This document shows, piece after piece, positions 26,061-32,000 of a DNA stretch of 32,000 nucleotides. The notes beneath the pieces were generated by a model. It ran no database searches and had not been told where the DNA came from. It saw only the letters and a list, made by a program, of their open reading frames with translations. This stretch comes from Edaphobacter aggregans (GTDB taxonomy: Bacteria > Acidobacteriota > Terriglobia > Terriglobales > Acidobacteriaceae). Where the stretch lies: the NCBI RefSeq assembly GCF_003945235.1, contig NZ_RSDW01000001.1, forward strand, positions 630,001 through 662,000, in the 5' to 3' direction. Within the stretch, counting starts at the first letter, position 1. Each line of letters opens with the position of its first letter. The position numbers and the translations under genes are program-made.

Positions 26061-26097
26061 GGCGCGGCTGGAACCGTGCCCTTTGAAAGTTTTTTTT
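26061..26097 (+). terminator. Possible terminator (hairpin plus T8, 9-nt gap)
   Basis: GGCGCGG-ctggaa-CCGTGCC (one G-U pair), then CTTTGAAAG and TTTTTTTT. Confidence 0.4.
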
Positions 26098-26107
26098 GCA
26101 GCTTGAT

Positions 26108-26833
26108 CTAGGTTTTGAGGCCGGCGAGTTCCCGGGCGCGAAGGAAGATCTTGGCGAACATGGTGCTGTTTAGCCGACCGGTGTTGGTGTTCCGCAGCGA
26201 GGGGTGGTAGCTGGAGAGAAGACGGAGTCCGTTAGGCAGCGTGTACTCGGCTCCATGGGCGAAGGTGTACTCGGATTTGCGTTCTATGACGCCCGTCTGC
26301 AGGAGATACGCGAGGTAGCCATCGAAGGCGATCTTTCCGAGACAGACGACTACACGGACGCGTGTGAGGGCTTCGATCTCTGCGGCAAGATTGGTGGCGC
26401 AGTTGCGAATCTCCTGCGGGGTGGGCTTGTCGCCGGGCGGGGCGCAGCGGACGACAGAGGCGATCCAGGCGTGACGTAGCTTGAGGCCGTCGTCGCGGGA
26501 GACGCCTTCAGGTTGGTTGGCAAAGCCGAGCTCATGCAGCACGGGGTACATGAAGAAGCCGGAACCGTCGCCGGTGAAGGGACGTCCGGTACGGTTGGCT
26601 CCGTGGGCTCCTGGGGCGAGGCCGAGGATCAGGACTCGGGCGAGGGGGTCTCCAAAGCCGGGAACGGGACGGGCCCAGTAGGTCTGGTCCTGGTAGGCGC
26701 GGCGGCGGGTCTCGCCAATACCTTTGCAGTAGGCACGGAGGCGAGGGCAGCGTTCGCAGTCGATGATGGTCTCGCGGACCTGCTGGAGGGCGGGGTTTAC
26801 TAGTTGGGCGTTGGAACGTGGCACTTCTCCCAT
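26108..26833 (-). CDS. Uracil-DNA glycosylase, family 5 (UdgB-type, 4Fe-4S)
   Basis: CERCPRLRAYC cluster cysteines. GLAPGAHGANRTGRPFTGDGSG matches the family-5 motif (GLAPxxHGxNRTGRxFTGD) rather than the family-4 GEAPG...PFVG. HPS motif near the C-terminus. Confidence 0.85.
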   Translation of the reverse strand: MGEVPRSNAQLVNPALQQVRETIIDCERCPRLRAYCKGIGETRRRAYQDQTYWARPVPGFGDPLARVLILGLAPGAHGANRTGRPFTGDGSGFFMYPVLHELGFANQPEGVSRDDGLKLRHAWIASVVRCAPPGDKPTPQEIRNCATNLAAEIEALTRVRVVVCLGKIAFDGYLAYLLQTGVIERKSEYTFAHGAEYTLPNGLRLLSSYHPSLRNTNTGRLNSTMFAKIFLRARELAGLKT

Positions 26834-26935
26834 GATAGTGGGATAAGCTGCTGCTGGCGATTTTCTGGCATTGTGGCGCTTGTTCCGTAGAATGGTCTTG
26901 AGTCAGCGAAATTAGAGAGAAGCACAGGCGGTACG

Positions 26936-28264
26936 TTGGAAGATCCAAGACTGAGTCGGATGTATGCTGCGCTTCTGATTAGGACGCTCGATCGGTGGCG
27001 CAGGGGCCTGTGGCACGTTGCCGTGATGCGCTCTGGGCTGCTGACGATGATCCTATTGACGGCTGCGTTGCTAGGCTTGGCGTTTGGGTGGCGAGCGCAC
27101 ACACGGGGAGAATTCGCACGGCTGAAATCGGAGTTGAACAGTAAGCCGTTGGTGACTCCTACGACAGTGGTGCGACCCGGGGGACAGGATGCGGTGGTGT
27201 TGCAGCGGTCGCAGATCGCAGTGGGGACTGCGCCGGAGTTTCTTTCGGCTACGCTGCTGCCGGGGCGCGGAATGAATGTGCTGCAGATTACGGCGTACCT
27301 TCCTGGCAAGGGTGAGGTGCAGTTGCTGGCTTCGCCTTCTCTTAACGATATTGAAAAAATATTGGACGGGGCTGATGCGACTGGAGGCACGAATCTCAGT
27401 TTAGGCGGAGCCTTCGAAGCTCCCTGGGCAAACCGGATCTCTGGTCCCACATCTGCTGATGGCAAGAACCTGACGACGAGTTGGGACGGGCGCATTCTCA
27501 GCCTGCCGGTGACGTCAAGAGAACATGGCACCGATGCAATCGCTGCGAACGGGCTGCTGCTGAAACGGGCCTCCGACACCGTAAAGACGAACGTGATGCC
27601 GGACGGCGGCGAGGCTGTGGGGGTGTACGACGCTGGCGATTTCGACGGCCATTGGATATCGCACACCGAGATTACGACGTCGGTGCAGTTGAGCAGCCGG
27701 ACGCTGGAGATGAAGATCTCGGCGCGGAACACAGGAAATGAGGCGGAGCCTGTGGGGATTGGATGGCATCCGCGGTTTGTGATTCCGAGCGGCGATCGCG
27801 GACAGGCGACGTTGCAGATACCAAATGGATTGCGCGTCGAGGTTCGTGATCGCCGCAGCGGGCTGCCAAGCGGACGGCTACTACCGGTTGCGGGCACCGA
27901 GTACGACTTCACCTCGCGAAATGGGGCTCGATTAGGCGAGATGAGCCTTGACGACTGCTTCGTTCATCTGAGGGCTGGTTTGCTGGATAACGGACCGATT
28001 GCGGAGCTGCGCGATCCGAAGAGCAACTACGGCTTGCGCATCACGGCGATGACTCCAACGATCAAGGCGATGCGAGCCTATGCTCCGGCTGGGGCGGGGT
28101 TTGTCTCAATTGAGCCACAGTTCAATTATGACGATCCGTTCGGGCGCGAGTGGGCTAGGGATGAGGACACCGGGATGGTCGTGCTACAGCCCGGTCAGAC
28201 GGTGGAGTGGAAGATACGACTGGAGATCCTATCGCTAAGTCGGGCTGAGACGGATCGGCTGTGA
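26936..28264 (+). CDS. Aldose 1-epimerase (galactose mutarotase-like) family protein with N-terminal membrane anchor
   Basis: GIGWHPRF (GxHPYF-like) and the SIEPQFNYDDP region suggest a mutarotase fold. N-terminal helix LLTMILLTAALLGLAFGW. The start is ambiguous (26936 TTG, 26960 ATG or 27026 ATG). Confidence 0.6.
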   Translation: MEDPRLSRMYAALLIRTLDRWRRGLWHVAVMRSGLLTMILLTAALLGLAFGWRAHTRGEFARLKSELNSKPLVTPTTVVRPGGQDAVVLQRSQIAVGTAPEFLSATLLPGRGMNVLQITAYLPGKGEVQLLASPSLNDIEKILDGADATGGTNLSLGGAFEAPWANRISGPTSADGKNLTTSWDGRILSLPVTSREHGTDAIAANGLLLKRASDTVKTNVMPDGGEAVGVYDAGDFDGHWISHTEITTSVQLSSRTLEMKISARNTGNEAEPVGIGWHPRFVIPSGDRGQATLQIPNGLRVEVRDRRSGLPSGRLLPVAGTEYDFTSRNGARLGEMSLDDCFVHLRAGLLDNGPIAELRDPKSNYGLRITAMTPTIKAMRAYAPAGAGFVSIEPQFNYDDPFGREWARDEDTGMVVLQPGQTVEWKIRLEILSLSRAETDRL

Positions 28265-28373
28265 GAGGACGGCGCTAGTGGGTGGTTGACTCGAATGTAG
28301 CTGGCCGAGGTTTGACCCCTCACAACGAAGACTCGTACAGTAGTAAAGAGGCGTAGACCGTACGGAGGGCTCC

Positions 28374-29846
28374 ATGAGCGACCGAGGCGGCATTACACAG
28401 ACGCCACGACTGGAAGGCATTGCTTTGACCCCGACTGAGACAACAGAGACGAATGCGACTGCCGAGCTGCAGTCTGAACAGACACATACCCACGACCACG
28501 CGCATGATCACGACCATGAGCATCATCATCATGATCACGCCCCCTCGCTGAACCCTGAACTGACGCGCGAAATTGAAGTGGAAGCGCCGGCTGAAGAGGT
28601 TTCGAAGGCCTTCAAGAAGGTGGTGAAGCGTTACCAGAAGCTGGCGCGGATTCCTGGATTCCGTGCGGGCAAGGTTCCCGAGTCGCTGATCAAGTCGAAG
28701 TTCGCCAAGGAAGTGCGGCAAGAGGTTCTTGAGAGCCTGGTGTCCGAGCGCTTCCGTAAGGCGATCGACGAGCAGAAGCTGCAGCCCGTGTCGGAACCAC
28801 AACTTCTGGACCTGCAGCTTTTCGATGAGCAACCGCTGAAGTTCAAGGCTGCGTTTGAGGTGGCCCCGGAGTTTGAAGTTGCGGGCTATGACAGCGTGAA
28901 GGTCGCGAAACCTGAGGTTGCGCTGACGAACGACGAGTTCGATGCCGAGTTGAGCCGCGTGCTCGACAGCCATGCGACGGTTGAGCCGGTGGAAGAGGAT
29001 CGTGCGCTGGTTGATGGCGACTGGGCCGAGATCCAGTTCCGCGGCGAGGTGCAGGACCTTGCGCAGACCGTGACTGAGGAAGGCGTTGCCAATGCTTCGA
29101 AGAGCGAGCCGATTACGGGCGAGGATGTGCTGATCGAGATTGGCGGAAAAAATACGCTGCCTGCGTTCAACGAGGCTCTGCGCGGTACCAAGCCTGGGCA
29201 GGAGCTGAAGTTTGAAGTGTCGTATCCGGCTGACTTTGGTGAGCAGCGGCTTGCTGGTCAGACCGTCAGCTACGATGTGACCGTGAAGAGCATCAAGAAG
29301 AAGACCTACCCCGAACGCGATGCTGAATTCGCCAAACAGCTTGGCGACTACGAGGGCTGGGATGACTTTGAGACCAAGCTACGGGAGTACGCATCGAATC
29401 GCAAGAAGGACGCGCTGGAGAGCCAGGCGAAGGACAAGATGCTGGAAGAGCTGATCGGGAAGTACCAGTTCCCTGTTCCTGAGTCGTTCGTACAACAGCA
29501 GGTTGATGCGCGGCTCGATCGCGGTTTGCGTGCGCTGGCTCAGCAAGGCATGAAGGCCGAGGACATGCGCAAGCTGGACTTCGGCAGACTGCGGGCCGCT
29601 CAGAGGGACCAAGCGGTCAACGAGGTGAAGGCCTCGATGATTCTCGATAGAATTGCGCAGGCCGAGAATGTAGTGGTCAGCGACGAGGATCTGGACCGCG
29701 AGTTGCTGATGTTGTCGATTCAGTCGCGCGAGCCTCTCGAGGCCTTGCGTGACAGACTTGCCAAGGACGGCGGCCTGGACAGGATTCGCGAGCAGATGCG
29801 GCGCGAGAAGACCGGAAGCGTGCTCTACGAGAAGTTGTCCGCGTAG
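28374..29846 (+). CDS. tig: Trigger factor (ribosome-associated PPIase chaperone) with His-rich N-terminal extension
   Basis: GFRAGKVP ribosome-binding signature, FKBP-like middle domain and C-terminal helical arm. It is located upstream of clpP-clpX. ATG 28374 is preceded by GGAGGG (28363-28368). Confidence 0.92.
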   Translation: MSDRGGITQTPRLEGIALTPTETTETNATAELQSEQTHTHDHAHDHDHEHHHHDHAPSLNPELTREIEVEAPAEEVSKAFKKVVKRYQKLARIPGFRAGKVPESLIKSKFAKEVRQEVLESLVSERFRKAIDEQKLQPVSEPQLLDLQLFDEQPLKFKAAFEVAPEFEVAGYDSVKVAKPEVALTNDEFDAELSRVLDSHATVEPVEEDRALVDGDWAEIQFRGEVQDLAQTVTEEGVANASKSEPITGEDVLIEIGGKNTLPAFNEALRGTKPGQELKFEVSYPADFGEQRLAGQTVSYDVTVKSIKKKTYPERDAEFAKQLGDYEGWDDFETKLREYASNRKKDALESQAKDKMLEELIGKYQFPVPESFVQQQVDARLDRGLRALAQQGMKAEDMRKLDFGRLRAAQRDQAVNEVKASMILDRIAQAENVVVSDEDLDRELLMLSIQSREPLEALRDRLAKDGGLDRIREQMRREKTGSVLYEKLSA

Positions 29847-29889
29847 ATCGAGATAGTCTGATTGCCTAACCGATAAGAAAGAGAGAGCT

Positions 29890-30480
29890 ATGGGACTGGT
29901 ACCAATGGTGATCGAGCAGACGAGTCGTGGCGAACGAGCCTACGACATTTACAGCCGTCTGCTCCGGGACAACATCATCTTCCTGGGAACGCCGATCGAC
30001 GACAACATCGCCAATGTAATCATTGCGCAGATGCTGTTCCTGAGCGGCGAGGACCCGGAGAAGGACATTCAGCTCTACATCAACTCGCCGGGCGGTTCGA
30101 TCACGGCCGGACTCGCGATCTACGACACGATGCAGTACATCAAGAATGACGTGGTGACGTTCTGCATCGGACAGGCTGCCAGCATGGGGGCATTTCTCCT
30201 CATGGCCGGCAAGAAGGGTAAGCGGTTTGCCTTGCCGAACTCGCGCATCCTGATCCACCAGCCGTCCATGGGCGGGCTGAGCGGACAGGCGACCGACATC
30301 GACATCCACGCGCGCGAGATTCTTCGCATCCGCGAGATCACCAACAAGTTGATGAGCGCCAGCACCGGGCAGTCGCTTGAACGGATCGAGAGGGACGTGG
30401 AGCGCGACTTCATCATGACGGCTGCGCAGTCCAAGGAGTACGGAATCATCGACGATATCATCGACCGCCCCCGAAACTGA
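29890..30480 (+). CDS. clpP: ATP-dependent Clp protease proteolytic subunit ClpP
   Basis: [39 protein letters not shown] and [11 protein letters not shown] (catalytic Ser) are canonical ClpP motifs. Confidence 0.95.
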   Translation: MGLVPMVIEQTSRGERAYDIYSRLLRDNIIFLGTPIDDNIANVIIAQMLFLSGEDPEKDIQLYINSPGGSITAGLAIYDTMQYIKNDVVTFCIGQAASMGAFLLMAGKKGKRFALPNSRILIHQPSMGGLSGQATDIDIHAREILRIREITNKLMSASTGQSLERIERDVERDFIMTAAQSKEYGIIDDIIDRPRN

Positions 30481-30504
30481 TAAACACCCTATACAATTAC
30501 GACG

Positions 30505-30536
30505 AAAGCCCGGATGGTCAAATATCCGGGCTTTTT
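30505..30536 (+). terminator. Rho-independent terminator between clpP and clpX
   Basis: AAAGCCCGGAT-8 nt-ATCCGGGCTTT, running into TTTTT. Confidence 0.8.
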
Positions 30537-30654
30537 GTTGTATAGCAAACCGATGTACTAAGGTAGACACCTGGTCGCCGGTGGCGATCTTGAATCGGGT
30601 GTAAACTGGTATTAATACCTTTTTGTACTGCTTTGCCAGGAGCTGTAAGAACCT

Positions 30655-31941
30655 ATGAAAACGTCACGGGGCTCAGACGAATCTCTTCGTTGCTCGTTCT
30701 GCCACAAGTCGCAGGATGCCGTTGCTAAATTGATCTCGTCACCCTCGGACTATCCGCGAGCTTACATCTGCGATGAGTGCGTGGCGGTGTGCAACTCGAT
30801 CCTCGAAGACGATCGCAGCGAAACCCAGCCCGGTGCAGCCCCGGCCCATCTGCCGAAGCCGCAGGAGGTTAAGGCGTTTCTCGATGAGTACGTCATCGGG
30901 CAGGACACGACGAAGAAGAAACTGGCCGTAGCGGTCTACAACCACTACAAGCGCATCCAGATGAACAAGACTCGCGGCAATGAGGTAGAGCTGGCGAAGT
31001 CGAACATTCTTCTGGTGGGGCCGACGGGATCGGGCAAGACTCTGCTGGCGCATACGCTGGCGAAGATGCTCGATGTACCGTTTGCCATTGTCGATGCGAC
31101 GACATTGACCGAGGCTGGATACGTTGGCGAGGACGTTGAGAACATCATCCTCAAGCTACTGCAGGCCGCTGACGGAGACGTAGCTCGGGCGCAGAGCGGA
31201 ATTATCTACATCGACGAGATCGACAAGATTGGGCGCAAGGACGAGAACCCCTCGATTACGCGTGATGTCTCGGGCGAGGGCGTACAGCAGGCACTCCTGA
31301 AAATTCTCGAAGGCACTGTTGCCAACGTTCCGCCACAGGGCGGTCGCAAGCATCCGCACCAGGAATTTACAGCTGTGGACACAACAAACATCCTGTTCAT
31401 CTGCGGTGGAGCGTTTGTTGGGCTCGAAAAAGTCATTGGGCGTCGCGTCGGCAAGAAGGCGCTTGGCTTCCGCGCTGTCGCCGACCCGGACGCGAAGGAT
31501 GGCGACGTAACCCCGATCCGCGCGCAGCGTGACTCTGAACTGCTGCGTCAGGCTGAACCGCAGGATCTTCTGAAATACGGGTTGATTCCGGAGTTCGTGG
31601 GACGTCTGCCAGTGATGGGCATTCTGGACGAGTTGGACGAAGCTGCGCTGATTGAGATCCTCACCAAGCCGCGCAACGCCATTCTCAAGCAATATGCGAA
31701 ACTCTTTGACTTCGAGGGCGTGAAGGTGACGTTCTCCGACGAGGCAGCTCGGGCTATTGCGCGTGAGGCTCTGATGCGGAAGGTAGGTGCGCGCGGCCTG
31801 CGCATGATCATCGAAGAGCTGATGCTGGACCTGATGTATCACGTGCCTGGCAACAAGAAGGTCAAGGAGATCGTAATCACAGAGGCGATGGTGAAGAATC
31901 GCGATCTTACGCTGCCCATGCTGCTGGAAAAGGCAGGTTAA
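30655..31941 (+). CDS. clpX: ATP-dependent Clp protease ATP-binding subunit ClpX
   Basis: N-terminal zinc finger CSFCHK...CDEC, Walker A GPTGSGKT, Walker [10 protein letters not shown], and IPEFVGRLP. Confidence 0.95.
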   Translation: MKTSRGSDESLRCSFCHKSQDAVAKLISSPSDYPRAYICDECVAVCNSILEDDRSETQPGAAPAHLPKPQEVKAFLDEYVIGQDTTKKKLAVAVYNHYKRIQMNKTRGNEVELAKSNILLVGPTGSGKTLLAHTLAKMLDVPFAIVDATTLTEAGYVGEDVENIILKLLQAADGDVARAQSGIIYIDEIDKIGRKDENPSITRDVSGEGVQQALLKILEGTVANVPPQGGRKHPHQEFTAVDTTNILFICGGAFVGLEKVIGRRVGKKALGFRAVADPDAKDGDVTPIRAQRDSELLRQAEPQDLLKYGLIPEFVGRLPVMGILDELDEAALIEILTKPRNAILKQYAKLFDFEGVKVTFSDEAARAIAREALMRKVGARGLRMIIEELMLDLMYHVPGNKKVKEIVITEAMVKNRDLTLPMLLEKAG

Positions 31942-31991
31942 TAACCGTTGCTGCGCGTATGACGGCGTAGATTTGTTCTCGCGAGCTTGTT

Positions 31992-32000
31992 TTAGCACTC
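31992..32000 (+). promoter_or_regulatory. Possible CIRCE (HrcA operator) left arm, truncated by the window end
   Basis: TTAGCACTC is an exact match to the left half of the CIRCE consensus TTAGCACTC-N9-GAGTGCTAA. It lies in the intergenic DNA after clpX, and the right arm would fall outside the window. Confidence 0.3.

Noticed and set aside
26800-27912. 370-aa - strand ORF overlapping the epimerase-like gene
   Set aside because: It is the antisense of a better-supported + strand ORF. It is Ser/Pro/Arg-rich, contains no motifs, and would overlap the glycosylase gene start.
1-32000. Scan for CRISPR arrays, rRNA/tRNA genes, IS elements, integrases, toxin-antitoxin pairs or known defence genes
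   Set aside because: I found no regularly spaced direct repeats, no recognisable RNA gene signatures and no mobile-element or defence-type protein motifs in any frame. The only repeat family seen is the two-copy leader module.

Overview
High-GC chromosomal window, most likely from an Acidobacteriota (Terriglobia/Acidobacteriaceae-like) genome. The evidence for that is an acidobacterial-type VWFA-domain protein, a TonB-dependent receptor C-terminus, an S55 peptidase and many membrane-anchored or secreted enzymes. Most of the window is ordinary housekeeping or envelope content: tig-clpP-clpX, clpC, a lolE...lolD operon, a zinc alcohol dehydrogenase, a family-5 uracil-DNA glycosylase, a GH35-like glycosidase, an FGE/SUMF1 enzyme, a HAD phosphatase and a STAS protein. 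I saw no rRNA, tRNA, CRISPR array, transposase or integrase. The unusual part is 3.2-10.8 kb. It starts with a decayed cytochrome P460 pseudogene. Two convergent units of unknown function follow. One (+ strand) encodes a DMT-like membrane protein and a 149-aa protein. The other (- strand) encodes a stand-alone ABC ATPase and a 1266-aa polytopic membrane protein with a large extracytoplasmic domain. Each unit is preceded by a diverged copy of the same ~200-350-nt non-coding module. The module has an AT-rich hairpin, a GC-rich intrinsic terminator that no gene accounts for (orphan), and a 40-nt block ending in an identical 13-mer. The two copies face each other. I read this as a shared, undescribed cis-regulatory leader or sRNA pair controlling an uncharacterised membrane system. 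This rests on by-eye alignment and needs computational and experimental checks. Smaller observations: a His-rich N-terminal extension on trigger factor, two unrelated genes translationally coupled inside the lol operon, an exact CIRCE left arm cut by the window end, and a possible small-ORF transcription unit at 25.8-26.1 kb.
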